DNA of 64,000 nucleotides from Candidatus Micrarchaeota archaeon (GTDB lineage: Archaea > Micrarchaeota > Micrarchaeia > Anstonellales > Bilamarchaeaceae), in assembly GCA_043812915.1 (NCBI GenBank), contig JBDRLQ010000004.1, positions 32,001-96,000 on the forward strand, given 5' to 3'. Made by a program: the position numbers and the translations under genes. Below are positions 1 through 10,467 of this stretch, piece after piece. Below the pieces are notes generated by a model, which worked only from the letters and a program-made list of their open reading frames with translations, searched no databases and was not told the DNA's origin. Position 1 is the stretch's first letter. Each line of letters starts with the position of its first letter.

Positions 1-893
1 GCGTTCCGCACCTGCTTCTCACCATAGGTCCCAAGTCCGTCGGAAACTACTTCCTTGATGAATCTCTCCACAATAATCTTCTCCTTGACCGCCTCCTGCT
101 CGGCAAGAATGGTGTCGCTCTTGGCCAGCACTTCGCGAATGCCGTACTCATCCGTATAGCCGGTATCCACGCAGCCGAGAATCTTGTGCTGGTAGTTGAA
201 CATCCTGGCCTTCAGGAAGAACTCCTTTGTCGGGCCCGGGCCGCCAACCATTATTCCCTTCACCTTGTTCAGGAACGCGTCATCCATAGCCAGTCCCACG
301 CGCTGATAATACTTCTCTATCTGCTCCTCCACAAGGCGCTGGTACCTCCTCTGCGACTGCCCTCCCTTGCGCACTTTGGCATGCGCGGTTGAGTGCAGTT
401 TCTTTATTATGTGCAGCTGCGTTCCATGCACCGTCGCGAGCGTGGCGTCGCGTCCATCAAGCACTAAGATGCCGTATTTGTCCTTCGACTCGAGCATTCC
501 CTCAAGCGGCTCAAGGAAGAACCTGCTGTCACAGCGGTAAGTGCCAATCTTGAGCGGCTCCGGCGGCTCAAGCGAGAAAAGCTCAATATCCGTCTTGGCC
601 GGATTGTCAGAGATGTTCCCTGCGAAAACCACAATTCCATTCTCAGGGGCCTTCCTGAAAATCTTCAGATGGTTGATTATCCTCTCCAGAGCGCCAGTGA
701 CATTGGTTTTTGTCTGCTTGGACTTGATGTTGCTGGCCTGGCTCATCTCCTCCCTGAGCTTCCCGGTCATTTCATGGACTGCAGAGCCTGCGGGTATATA
801 GACAGAAATCAGCTGCGTTCCGCTGCCCCTGAAATTCGCAAGCTTTTTCAGCGCCTTCCGCAGCTCATAGAGCTTCTCGCTTTTCTCTGCCAT
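1..893 (-). CDS. prf1: Peptide chain release factor aRF1 (3' end runs off the window)
   Basis: Manual translation from ATG at 893 gives MAEKSEKLYELRKALKKLANFRGSGTQLISVYIP, with the ASNIKS, YRCD and KGGQS motifs. Not in the ORF track because it is truncated. Confidence 0.95.
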   Translation of the reverse strand, partial: MAEKSEKLYELRKALKKLANFRGSGTQLISVYIPAGSAVHEMTGKLREEMSQASNIKSKQTKTNVTGALERIINHLKIFRKAPENGIVVFAGNISDNPAKTDIELFSLEPPEPLKIGTYRCDSRFFLEPLEGMLESKDKYGILVLDGRDATLATVHGTQLHIIKKLHSTAHAKVRKGGQSQRRYQRLVEEQIEKYYQRVGLAMDDAFLNKVKGIMVGGPGPTKEFFLKARMFNYQHKILGCVDTGYTDEYGIREVLAKSDTILAEQEAVKEKIIVERFIKEVVSDGLGTYGEKQVRN

Positions 894-900
894 AAAAGAA

Positions 901-1470
901 TCACTGGACAGGCTCTACCCGCCCGTCCTCAAAGAAATACCTCATGCCGACAATCCTTAGCTTCCCATCCGCCTCAAGGCCGGAGACTATTTCGCTCTTC
1001 TGCCTGATGGTTTCAATCATGCACTTGACATTCTCGTCCACGGTGCTCTCGACATCGCAGCCGCACTTCTCTTTCGAGGATTCTATCTTGTCCATAATCG
1101 ACTGTATGTTCGGAGGGCACTGCCCGCCCTGGCACGCCGCGGTCACCGCGCCGCACTTCTCATGGCCCATCACCACCAGCAAAGGAGTATGCAGATGCTC
1201 GGTGCCATACTCTATGCTGCCAAGCACAACTTCATCGACCACATTGCCGGCATTCCTTATTACGAATATCTCGCCTACATTGGCATCGAATATCAGTTCG
1301 GGCACAACTCTCGAGTCCGAGCAGGTAAGGATTGTCACGAACGGCTTCTGTACGTTTTTTGTGGATTCCCTTGCAGAGCCGACGTCTTTTTCCGCAAGCT
1401 TTCCTGACATGTATCTTCTGTTCCTCTCATTCAGTTTATTCATTGCCTCTTCTGCATTCATAGCATTCAC
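901..1470 (-). CDS. Beta-class carbonic anhydrase
   Basis: Zn-ligand motifs TCSDSRV and GHEKCGAV, plus IRNAGN. The start may be the ATG at 1461. Confidence 0.93.
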   Translation of the reverse strand: MNAMNAEEAMNKLNERNRRYMSGKLAEKDVGSARESTKNVQKPFVTILTCSDSRVVPELIFDANVGEIFVIRNAGNVVDEVVLGSIEYGTEHLHTPLLVVMGHEKCGAVTAACQGGQCPPNIQSIMDKIESSKEKCGCDVESTVDENVKCMIETIRQKSEIVSGLEADGKLRIVGMRYFFEDGRVEPVQ

Positions 1471-1525
1471 CCAGAAGTATGGTGGAAATATCCAATGAAG
1501 GTTTAAAATAATAAGTGGTGGGTGG

Positions 1526-2680
1526 CTATTTTGCCCTCGCCCGCACCGGGTTTATGGGCGTCGCGTGCAGCGGCAGGGTCCTGGCCCTCCGAAGATTCGC
1601 TGGAGTCTCTTTTTTATCCATCCCATCCATCTCCCTTTTGATTCTCCGTGAGAGCAGCCATGTTATTCTGCTCTCCCGTGTGCTGGCCCCCATGAAATCC
1701 ATCCTCCTCTCATCCACTTTCGGCGGAATCGGACACCCCATTTTCTCAAGGGCGGCTATCACCATGTTAAGCACCTGCGGGTCGCTTTCATTCTCAATCC
1801 GCTCCCCCAGTGCATCCTCAACTTCAGGGCCCGCTCCTTTCCCGAAGGCCTTCAGGGCCTCTGCCGCGAAGAATCTAACTTCCGGGCTCTCATCCTTCAG
1901 GCAATTGATGAGCGTGGTCTTGGCTCTCTCCTCTTTCTTCTCGCCCATCCTCATGATGAATATCGCCCGGATTATCTCATCAGTTGTTATCGCCCTGGAG
2001 AGTGCGCTCTTGGAAGTTATTGTCTTTATTGAAAACAGGAACTCTGCAGCATCGCACTTCTCATCGCTTGAGCCCCATTGCATAACGCGCGCGGCAGCCC
2101 TTTCCACCCTCGGGGAGAATCTCCCGATTGCCTCCTTGCAGAATTCCGGGTCCCTCTGCAATGCGCGCACAACCGCCTTTTCCGCCCTGATATCCTGCAT
2201 GTTGAGCAGGCTCTCCAGGGCTGCCAGCCTCGTCTCCGGAGTATTTAGGTCCAGAGCCTTCTCAAGAATCGGTATCGATTCCATCCCGTTCTTGCCATCA
2301 AGCGAAGTGGTCAGTTTCCTGTCGAACAGCAATTCCGCGGCCCCTTTCCTTTCTTCAGGGGTTCCCCTTTCGATTATCAGCACTGCCGCGGCCTCAATCC
2401 GGGGGGACATCTCATCTGCGGCGAGCTCCCGCAACTCCTTGTCCTCAATAAGCCTCCTGAAAACCGCCATCTGGGCCCTTGGCAGGCTGATGTCCAGGAG
2501 TGAGTCGACCGCCGCCAGCCGGACCGCAATCTCGTAATCAGAAAGTGCCTTTTCAAGGGCCGGGACCGCGTCCGCCCCGAAGGGGCACAGCATGCGCGCG
2601 CCATATGCCCTCATGTCCGCAAGCGGGTGGCTTAGCATGTTGGCGTATTCGAATAGCTTATGGTCTGTCCCTCGCGGCAA
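1526..2680 (-). CDS. HEAT/PBS-lyase repeat protein
   Basis: Repeated AVPALEKALSD..VRLAAVDSL, IPILEKALD..TRLAALESL and LKDESPEVRFFAAEAL units. Confidence 0.8.
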   Translation of the reverse strand: MPRGTDHKLFEYANMLSHPLADMRAYGARMLCPFGADAVPALEKALSDYEIAVRLAAVDSLLDISLPRAQMAVFRRLIEDKELRELAADEMSPRIEAAAVLIIERGTPEERKGAAELLFDRKLTTSLDGKNGMESIPILEKALDLNTPETRLAALESLLNMQDIRAEKAVVRALQRDPEFCKEAIGRFSPRVERAAARVMQWGSSDEKCDAAEFLFSIKTITSKSALSRAITTDEIIRAIFIMRMGEKKEERAKTTLINCLKDESPEVRFFAAEALKAFGKGAGPEVEDALGERIENESDPQVLNMVIAALEKMGCPIPPKVDERRMDFMGASTRESRITWLLSRRIKREMDGMDKKETPANLRRARTLPLHATPINPVRARAK

Positions 2681-2789
2681 AAGATATCACCCACTCTCCA
2701 AGTTTTTTTCTGCGCACTGATTGTCGACTAACTGGTCACAATCCATTATTCTGCAATATTTAAAAACACTTTCAGCAACCAATATCACT

Positions 2790-3923
2790 ATGTCAGGCAC
2801 AGTTATCCGCAGTAAAACCGGGAGCCCTCAAGAGAGCGCTCCAAGGGCAGGAAAAAATTTTGAGAAGTCCGGCAGTCCCGGAATTGAGGAGCTAAGGCGC
2901 TCCATGATTGGCGGCAGGCTCACGCCCGAGAATTCGCTTATGGTGATTTTTCTGGGCAACGAGGAGCATGTAAGGGAAGTGGAGGACTCGGGAATAACCC
3001 CTAGGCAGAGGCTCGAAGCCGCGAGAAATGGCCAGGTCGATGCGGTCATTCTCTATTGCTCGGATGCAAGGATGGTGGGGATGGACAATGCACGGAATCC
3101 AGAAATCTTCATACACATCAGGGTAGCCGGAAACTCAATGCCCGACTCCGGGGCCTCGCTCGAGGAAATCCAGGATGCGGTATCGCTTCTGAAGCCGGAC
3201 GGGGTTTTGGTGGTAGCTTCGCATGTCCACTGCGGGGCCATTACGGAATACGTTAAATGGGACAAATCAAGCAGCACCGGGAGTGAAAGCCTTGATTACC
3301 TCCTTAAGGCAATCGCAGGGGATACCCCGGAGGAGAACGCCCTTGCGCAGGTCGAGAGGGCATCATCCGTGCTGGACCTTGGCGGGCGCAAAGCGGTGGC
3401 GCTTCATTATGACTGGACGACCGAAAACGGGATGAGCTCCCTCTCGGAAGATGTTCCTGAACCCGTAAGGCATATCATAGATGTCGCAATCAAGAATCAC
3501 GCTTCGGCTAATGCGGGGGGGCAGCTGACGGAAAAGCTGGCAAAGCAGACTCCTCATGTTATGATTGTTGCCGCTGATGACCTGCCGATGGGCGTGCCCT
3601 CGATTGTCGCTTCAAAGCAGAATGAAGTGTTCGTGACGACCGGCTCTAAGCACGGGTTGGATATGATGGACATCGCCTCGGACTTTTATGCGGCAACCCA
3701 CATGGGCCAGAACCACATCGCCTTCATCGCCCCTGGCGCAAAAGAGGATGAGCCGGAGGTTTCCAGGCTATTCATGAAATGGGAATCTGATTTGAGGGTG
3801 GAGCCTGAACTCGCCAAGAGGATTGATGACGGGCGGCTGACAGTCAGCAGGCTCAGGTATGATCTCGATTCCGGGAGGCTTTCGCTTCTTGGCTCCGGCA
3901 TGCAATCCCCAAACACTATCTAA
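2790..3923 (+). CDS. Divergent two-domain beta-carbonic anhydrase-like protein
   Basis: YCSDARM, IRVAGN and SHVHCGAI in the first half; the second half resembles a CA domain without Zn ligands. ATG at 2790 lies about 30 nt after TTTAAAAA. Confidence 0.7.
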   Translation: MSGTVIRSKTGSPQESAPRAGKNFEKSGSPGIEELRRSMIGGRLTPENSLMVIFLGNEEHVREVEDSGITPRQRLEAARNGQVDAVILYCSDARMVGMDNARNPEIFIHIRVAGNSMPDSGASLEEIQDAVSLLKPDGVLVVASHVHCGAITEYVKWDKSSSTGSESLDYLLKAIAGDTPEENALAQVERASSVLDLGGRKAVALHYDWTTENGMSSLSEDVPEPVRHIIDVAIKNHASANAGGQLTEKLAKQTPHVMIVAADDLPMGVPSIVASKQNEVFVTTGSKHGLDMMDIASDFYAATHMGQNHIAFIAPGAKEDEPEVSRLFMKWESDLRVEPELAKRIDDGRLTVSRLRYDLDSGRLSLLGSGMQSPNTI

Positions 3924-4000
3924 AACTCTTTTTCCCTTTTTTATCCTCTTTTTCCACCCATAACAATAGGTTTAAAAACAGAAAACGCGCTAATTAGTGC

Positions 4001-4624
4001 ATGGCACAGGCATTTGAGGTGGGAAGTGGCAGCCGGGGCAGCGGGAAGGTATGTGCAGAAGGCACAAAACTAACTCTGCACAGGTCTAATCTATCCTCCC
4101 AGAGGAATCTCAGGGACAGGAGATTCACTCACCCAGCAGCCGGAGAGCTTCTCAAAAGAGTGCTGGAAAACCATCCAAGGGCTGACGAGCTCAAGAAATG
4201 GAGGGCAATGAGCACCGAGGAGCGCCAAGACCTTGTCGAGACCATGAAAACCCAGGCCGCGAATCTGGTCACCGGGAACATGCTCAAGGCACTTGGAAAG
4301 CCAAATGTTGATACTGCTAAAGAGGCTCTTGCAACTGGCATGAAGGCTAGCGGCGCCACAGTAAGCGAGATGTCAGCAACTATCGCGCTAATTGAAGGCT
4401 GCGGAGATGACGCATTCATGCTCATGGACAGCGCAGTCAGAACTGAATACTCCGGGGGAATCAGGACAAAAGCGCCTGGATTCGCCCCTAAGAATGTCCT
4501 TATTGTCACTCCTGAGGCTGTCACTGCGCTCGGGGACGAAGTAGAATGCTCAGAGAACCCTGCAGCTGCACTTACAAGGCTTGTAAAAGAAGTTGGCGAC
4601 TACAGGCAGGCAATGAGCGCCTAG
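4001..4624 (+). CDS. Hypothetical protein
   Basis: 207-aa ORF with TTTAAAAA about 30 nt upstream of the ATG. Confidence 0.65.
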   Translation: MAQAFEVGSGSRGSGKVCAEGTKLTLHRSNLSSQRNLRDRRFTHPAAGELLKRVLENHPRADELKKWRAMSTEERQDLVETMKTQAANLVTGNMLKALGKPNVDTAKEALATGMKASGATVSEMSATIALIEGCGDDAFMLMDSAVRTEYSGGIRTKAPGFAPKNVLIVTPEAVTALGDEVECSENPAAALTRLVKEVGDYRQAMSA

Positions 4625-6912
4625 TTCCTTCTGCTTTTAGTTAAGTCAACCAAATGCCTTTTTGCAGTCTTAATCAGCATGGTTTCGAAGAGCTTCATGA
4701 AAGTCTCCATGGCCCCGCCGTATCTCTTTAATCCGAATCTTCTGATGAGAGCAACTACCTCGTAGGGGTCGTGGTTTGAAGGGACCTGCTTCAGAATCTC
4801 CACTAAATCAAGCCCGATTGCCCCCTTTGTCTTTGCAACGAATTCAGCCACTACAGAGTCGGCAACTTCGGGCACGAAGATATTGTTCCCTCGCACCTGC
4901 CCGTTCTTTGCCCTCTCCGCTTCAAATAGCGTGACTATGGAAGTTGCACCCTCGCCATATACGAGCTCTGCGATGAGCTTCGCCTCGGCATATGGGTCTT
5001 TGGGCCTTCCCCTCCCTTCGAGCTCTTGAAGGATGTCCGGATGCCCCTCAAGCATGCTCCTTGAGAATTCCTCAATCATCGGATTCGCCGGAGCTTCCCT
5101 TGCTCCGAGGTTCCTCTGCAAGAGCGGATTCCTGCTCCTCCCAAGCCCGCCTGCCCTGTGCGCGAAGTTTGAAACCCTCGACAAAAGAATCCTGACCGCG
5201 GGCGCCACTTGGGAGATTGATTTTCTTGTAACGAGTATAAGGTTCCCATCCCTCTTGGCGTCACCGCCATAAAGGACCGGAAGGAGATTCGGCATCTGGA
5301 TTGAGTGAATGGCCTCATCAATGTCATCGCCAACATCTGCTGCTGTTTCGCTCCGGACTGGGCATGCGATGAACAGGGGCCTGATAGTTCCTGTCGACAC
5401 GCTCTTTAGGTCCTGCTCGATTTCCTTTGCCCTTTCGCTCAGGCGCCGCACATCCTCCATCATCCTCTCCCTGCTAAGGTACCTGAAGATGGCTCCGGAT
5501 GAGCCTAGCCTGACAAATCCTCTGTTGTTGCCTGGCGCGCTGAGGAATAAGTATACGAATCCGTTGACTGCCTTGTGGTCGCAGAGGAGCCGGAGGGCTC
5601 GCAGCCGTACAACCCCAATCTGCCCCGAGACCATCCACTTGCCCCTTTCATGGGCCCTGTTGATGAATATCCTCTGCATATCGCCCCCAATCTCATAGAC
5701 ATGCTTGACGACAAGGAGGTATCTGTCTTTTACCGGACTCATCCCATAGGAGAGCGCAGCCTCGGTCTCATGGAACTGCTGCTCTTTCTCCCGGGTAAGC
5801 GATGAGAGCGCTTCCCCCCATCCGTTCCCTCCATTCTCAATCGGTATGTGGAATGAGGCGGATTCGATCCCTTCCCTGCATTCCCTTATTGCCCCCTTTA
5901 GGGCATTTGCAATCTCCTGCGGCGCCTTCCCCCTGATTCCAACGAAGGATGAGTGCTCCCTTACCGAGAAGAAGTTCTCCATCAGGTGGCTTGCCGTTGT
6001 ATCATCAATTTTGCTCCCATCCGGGAACCTGAATGTCTTGAGGAATCCCCTAACCCTCGAGAGCATCGTTTTCTCTGCCTCGTACATGACCGGCCCGAGG
6101 GCCTTTGCCCCGAAGCTGACCGTAATCAGCTCGCCGCTTCCCCTGCTTCCGACCATGGAGGCCGCAAGATAAGCGTCATCGCTCCCCCAGAGAGTCTTGC
6201 GCAGCTCATCAGTGAATTCCTTGTAGAAATAAGCGAGCTTCAAGTCCCCCATCTTCCTTCCCCCAAGATAGTTGACCTCGTCCATGCAGCCGCAGTCGAA
6301 GAGCGTTATGTATACCTCCTCAGGCAGGCCATGCTCCATCTCAGTTCCAAGCACATTGCCAAGAATCTGGCAGCAGTTGTCCAGGGACTGGGAGGCGAGG
6401 GCGACCTTTATTGTGGAGCTCAGTATATTCAGGCTGTATGGCGCCTTTCCGTAAGGGATTTCAATCTCCTCGTTGTCCAGCAGCCTGCTGCAGTCAACAT
6501 CGTTCCCCCTCAGCAGGGAATCGAGCATGAGCAGGGAGCCCTCCGTGGTTGTGTGCTCCAGCACCCCGTCCACGATAAGCGGCAGGATGTCCGGGTGGAC
6601 TTCGATTTCATGGTCTGCCATGAACTGGCTGAAAAGGTTGTAATAGTAGTAGAAATTGCCTTTGAGCTCCCCTTCCAGGGCTGCCTGCTCTACAGTGAGC
6701 GCCTCCACGGTGAGCTTCTGCCCGGTCAGCTCCTCGAACTGCTTGGCCAGCGGGCTCTCCTGCGGCTTCCTGCTCTTTAGCGCCGCCCACATCTTGTCCA
6801 GGAGCTCCCTGCGCCTTTGCTTGGATTCCTTTATGGCGCGTATCCTATCGAAGCCGGGGCTCTCCTTTACCGTGAATGCGAGCTTGAGCCGGTTGCCGTT
6901 GTCATTTGCCAT
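4621..6912 (-). CDS. Large hypothetical protein with degenerate GGDEF-like domain(s)
   Basis: Long ORF. YITLFDCGCMDEVNYLGGRKMGDLKL...SRGSGELITV aligns by eye to the GGDEF consensus (D-x-D-x-F-K-x-V-N-D-x-x-G-H-x-x-G-D ... R-x-G-G-D-E-F). Confidence 0.6.
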   Translation of the reverse strand: MANDNGNRLKLAFTVKESPGFDRIRAIKESKQRRRELLDKMWAALKSRKPQESPLAKQFEELTGQKLTVEALTVEQAALEGELKGNFYYYYNLFSQFMADHEIEVHPDILPLIVDGVLEHTTTEGSLLMLDSLLRGNDVDCSRLLDNEEIEIPYGKAPYSLNILSSTIKVALASQSLDNCCQILGNVLGTEMEHGLPEEVYITLFDCGCMDEVNYLGGRKMGDLKLAYFYKEFTDELRKTLWGSDDAYLAASMVGSRGSGELITVSFGAKALGPVMYEAEKTMLSRVRGFLKTFRFPDGSKIDDTTASHLMENFFSVREHSSFVGIRGKAPQEIANALKGAIRECREGIESASFHIPIENGGNGWGEALSSLTREKEQQFHETEAALSYGMSPVKDRYLLVVKHVYEIGGDMQRIFINRAHERGKWMVSGQIGVVRLRALRLLCDHKAVNGFVYLFLSAPGNNRGFVRLGSSGAIFRYLSRERMMEDVRRLSERAKEIEQDLKSVSTGTIRPLFIACPVRSETAADVGDDIDEAIHSIQMPNLLPVLYGGDAKRDGNLILVTRKSISQVAPAVRILLSRVSNFAHRAGGLGRSRNPLLQRNLGAREAPANPMIEEFSRSMLEGHPDILQELEGRGRPKDPYAEAKLIAELVYGEGATSIVTLFEAERAKNGQVRGNNIFVPEVADSVVAEFVAKTKGAIGLDLVEILKQVPSNHDPYEVVALIRRFGLKRYGGAMETFMKLFETMLIKTAKRHLVDLTKSRRN

Positions 6913-7063
6913 GGGAAGCACTCTGCACTATATATTAATTGTGGGCAAAAGTGTTTATAAATAAATGTTAATAACTTATTCCAACACTTTTTTTGAGTTA
7001 GAATATGTCCTAATGGTTATATAAAGAATTTCTCCCATTAATTTTTCTCATTCAGTGATGCTA

Positions 7064-8803
7064 ATGTGCGGGATAATCGGATATGTGGGCAGCAGGAAGG
7101 CCTCGGAGGTTCTTACCGAGGGTCTGAAGCGCCTTGAATACCGTGGATACGATTCTGTGGGCATAGCAGTTGCCAAGGAAGGCAATGTGGAAATGAAAAA
7201 GGAGAAGGGCATGGTGGAGCATGTCTCCAATGCCCTCGACTTCGTCTCCCTGGACGGCGGGATAGGGATAGGCCACACAAGGTGGGCGACCCACGGCGCC
7301 CCGTGCAGGCTGAATGCGCATCCCCACTCGAGTTGCCATAATGAGGTTGTGCTGGCGCACAATGGAGTTATTGAGAATTTCGCCTCACTCAAGAAAGCGC
7401 TTGCTGGGAAGGGCCATAAATTCGAGTCAGAAACCGATTCAGAGGTCATCGCCCATCAGATTGAGGAGAATGCGAAGACGATGCACGCCACGCAGGCGTT
7501 CATGAAAACCGTCAAGGAGCTGGAAGGCTCTTATGCCATCGTCGCCATGCTCTCCAAGGACAAGGAGGAGCGCCTGTTCGCGGCAAGGCGCCACAGCCCG
7601 CTTATCCTGGGAATCGGGAAAGGGGAGATGTTCTGCGCTTCGGACATCCCGGCGATGCTCAAATACACAAAGACATTCGTGCCTCTTGAGGATGGCGATG
7701 TGGCTGTGCTCTCTGAAAACGGCTACAGGATATATGATTCGGACAGCAACCATGTGGAAAGGGAGCCAATCACCGTGGACTGGGATGTCAAGATGGCCCA
7801 GAAAGGCGGTTATCCTCATTTCATGCTCAAGGAGATAAACGACCAGAGGCATTTCATCAACGACACAATCACTTCCGATGTCACTGCGGCCAAAGCGCTG
7901 ATTGGTTCCCATGAGCGGATAGACATTGTCGCATGCGGAACTTCATATCACGCGGGCCTGATGCTAAGCTATCTACTGCAGGCGCAGGGAAAGAACTCGC
8001 AGGCGTTCATAGCCAGCGATTATCCCTATATTGTGAAGCCGAGCGGCAAGACCCTGATAGTCACAATCACCCAAAGCGGGGAGACTGCGGATGTGCTTCA
8101 GGCTTTACGATACGCCAAAGGGAAGGGCTGCCGGATTCTTGCGATTACGAATGTCGTCGGCTCGACTGTCACCAACCTTGCCGATGAGGTGATTTTCCTG
8201 AACTCCGGCCCGGAAATCGGCGTTGCGGCGACAAAGACCTTCACCGCGCAATTGGCGATAATCTACAAGCTCATCTACGGGAAGGCGAAGGTTGACGGGC
8301 TATCCGCATTGTTCTTGCAGATGCTCGGTAAAGAGAACGACATCAAGGAAATAGCTGCGGCAATCAAGGACAAGCAGAGCATGTTCTTCATCGGCCGGGG
8401 CCTCTCAGTTCCCGTGGCGTACGAGGGCTCGCTGAAACTCAAGGAGATTTCCTACATCCACTCGGAAGCGTATCCTGGCGGCGAGCTGAAGCATGGGACC
8501 CTGAGCTTAATAGAGGATGGTGTCCCCGTTGTCGTCCTTGCCCCCAAGGATGAGACGCTAACCAAGCTCTTCGGGAACCTGAAAGAGGCGAAAACAAGGG
8601 GCGCGATGATAATATCTCTCACAAACGATGAGGGGATAAAGGGCGAATCTGATTTCTCTATCGAGCTTCCGGAAATCGACAAGGACCTCTATCCTTTTGC
8701 CATGATGATTCCATTGCAGCTCTTAGCCTATCATGTCAGCGTATTAAAAGGAATTAATCCAGACCGCCCGCGCAATCTGGCAAAATCGGTTACTGTGGAA
8801 TAA
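7064..8803 (+). CDS. glmS: Glutamine--fructose-6-phosphate aminotransferase
   Basis: MCGIIG N-terminus, LEYRGYDS, GHTRWATHG, SQSGETAD-like motif, C-terminal PRNLAKSVTVE. Confidence 0.98.
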   Translation: MCGIIGYVGSRKASEVLTEGLKRLEYRGYDSVGIAVAKEGNVEMKKEKGMVEHVSNALDFVSLDGGIGIGHTRWATHGAPCRLNAHPHSSCHNEVVLAHNGVIENFASLKKALAGKGHKFESETDSEVIAHQIEENAKTMHATQAFMKTVKELEGSYAIVAMLSKDKEERLFAARRHSPLILGIGKGEMFCASDIPAMLKYTKTFVPLEDGDVAVLSENGYRIYDSDSNHVEREPITVDWDVKMAQKGGYPHFMLKEINDQRHFINDTITSDVTAAKALIGSHERIDIVACGTSYHAGLMLSYLLQAQGKNSQAFIASDYPYIVKPSGKTLIVTITQSGETADVLQALRYAKGKGCRILAITNVVGSTVTNLADEVIFLNSGPEIGVAATKTFTAQLAIIYKLIYGKAKVDGLSALFLQMLGKENDIKEIAAAIKDKQSMFFIGRGLSVPVAYEGSLKLKEISYIHSEAYPGGELKHGTLSLIEDGVPVVVLAPKDETLTKLFGNLKEAKTRGAMIISLTNDEGIKGESDFSIELPEIDKDLYPFAMMIPLQLLAYHVSVLKGINPDRPRNLAKSVTVE

Positions 8804-8812
8804 AAAAAGAAA

Positions 8813-10462
8813 TCACCTTTTTCTCCTGAAAGGCTTAATCAGCCGCGTCCACATGAACCAGATGATGGCCAGTATCAGCAGAATCCCGCCGCCAAGATAG
8901 AGCGGGTTTATTCCTGTGGCGAAGACCTCGACACTCGAGCTGTATTTTTTAAAGCCGGTCTTCTCCACGCTGAATTGGTAGGTGCCAGCTGGAAGAGTGA
9001 GGTTCACGCTTCCGTCTCCGATGTGCTCCTCGCCCCCGATTGTGAGCTTGAACTGGTTCACCTGAGAGCCGTCATCGCCGTCATTGACGTATATGCTGAA
9101 CGGCTCCTCCTCCATGCGGGAAGGCGAGAGCGTCACATACATGTCACTGGGCGGGATGCTGGAATCATAGGATATTCCGACAGAGGTATACTTAGCCCCG
9201 GTCTCCTCCCCAGCAGCGTCAACAACCTTGCAGGATATGACATTCAGCCCTGACCTGAGGTCATCCTCAGGGGTGACTATATATGTCCAGCCTCCATCAA
9301 CGCTCGCCTCCGCGGCGTCGTATATCCCGTTGTTCAGGCTGACATACACTTTCGCGCCTCCTGATTCAGAGACATATTTTCCCGTGACGACGACTTCCTT
9401 CCTGCCGACCACATCCGCCTCCTTCGGGTATGTAATCGAGCAGGCCCTCTCTGTGCTGTAGGCGTAGACAGAGCCGTCATAAGAGCCGAAAATTACCATG
9501 TTCTGGTGGAAGAGCGGACTCCCTGCCCAGTCTGTTGCAGAGCCCTTCCATACGATTTCACCGCCGCTGGTTTCCATCGCATAAATGTTCTTGTCGGTGC
9601 TTCCAACGAACACCACCTCGTGGCCTCCCATGAAGCCTGGCTCAGGGGTGCTCTCCACCGCAAGCCGCGTGTCTGAAATCCATTTTATCTCCCCGCTGCC
9701 GTCATAGATGGCATACACGGAGCCGTCATTGCTCCCGGCATAGACTACTCCTCCTTTGACAACAGGAGTACTGAGCACCCAGTTGCGGGTCAGGGTGTCC
9801 CACCTGTTGTAGCCGCCCTGGAGCTGATATGCGTGCACCCTGTTGTCCAGCGCGCCCACATACACCGATGTGCCGTCTACCACAGGCCTTGAGAGCCAGA
9901 AATAACCGTCATTCAACTTGGCTTTCCATTCCACGCTCCCGGAAGCCTTCATCTTCACGAGCGTGTCCCACACGCCGAAAATAATGTAATTCTCCCCGCT
10001 TGCCGGAGGGGAAAGAGTCCCTTCAGCCTTGTAGATTAAGCCCGCGCCTGTCGCTGTCCGGTTCATTACGAAGACTCCTTTGTCGGTTGTCGCGAAAAGC
10101 TGGTTGCCCGAATACGCGAGCCCGTAAACATAGCTTGCGTTGAACTCGATGTCGGAAAGGTCCACCTCCCACATCAGGGTGCCGCTCTTGCTGATTTTGA
10201 CGACCTTGCCCCCGGCTGTGGATGCTCCTATTGCACCATCAAAAGCCAGGAGGTCTGTGAATGTCCCGCCGATTTCCGTCTTCCAGTCAACCCCCCCATT
10301 CGAAGGGTTGAGCGCGTACAGGTTGCCGTCGGCTGAGCCTACAACAACCTTGCTGTCAATGACAAGCGGCTTGGTCGTCACCGCGCCGTCCGTGCTGGTC
10401 TCCCACACGAGGGAAGAGAAAGAAACGGAAAAAAGTGCAAGGAGAAAGAGAAGGCGCCGCAT
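8813..10462 (-). CDS. Exported PQQ-type (BamB-like) beta-propeller protein with C-terminal membrane anchor
   Basis: Signal peptide, repeated GSxDGxxYAxxxxxGxxxW motifs, Ig-like region, C-terminal TM helix followed by KPFRRKR. Confidence 0.85.
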   Translation of the reverse strand: MRRLLFLLALFSVSFSSLVWETSTDGAVTTKPLVIDSKVVVGSADGNLYALNPSNGGVDWKTEIGGTFTDLLAFDGAIGASTAGGKVVKISKSGTLMWEVDLSDIEFNASYVYGLAYSGNQLFATTDKGVFVMNRTATGAGLIYKAEGTLSPPASGENYIIFGVWDTLVKMKASGSVEWKAKLNDGYFWLSRPVVDGTSVYVGALDNRVHAYQLQGGYNRWDTLTRNWVLSTPVVKGGVVYAGSNDGSVYAIYDGSGEIKWISDTRLAVESTPEPGFMGGHEVVFVGSTDKNIYAMETSGGEIVWKGSATDWAGSPLFHQNMVIFGSYDGSVYAYSTERACSITYPKEADVVGRKEVVVTGKYVSESGGAKVYVSLNNGIYDAAEASVDGGWTYIVTPEDDLRSGLNVISCKVVDAAGEETGAKYTSVGISYDSSIPPSDMYVTLSPSRMEEEPFSIYVNDGDDGSQVNQFKLTIGGEEHIGDGSVNLTLPAGTYQFSVEKTGFKKYSSSVEVFATGINPLYLGGGILLILAIIWFMWTRLIKPFRRKR

Positions 10463-10467
10463 AGGAA

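Noticed and set aside
1515..2537. Long antisense ORFs (also 5953-6780, 49409-50236, 62846-63604 and others)
   Set aside because: They are shadows of well-supported genes on the opposite strand, with Ser-rich, non-protein-like composition.
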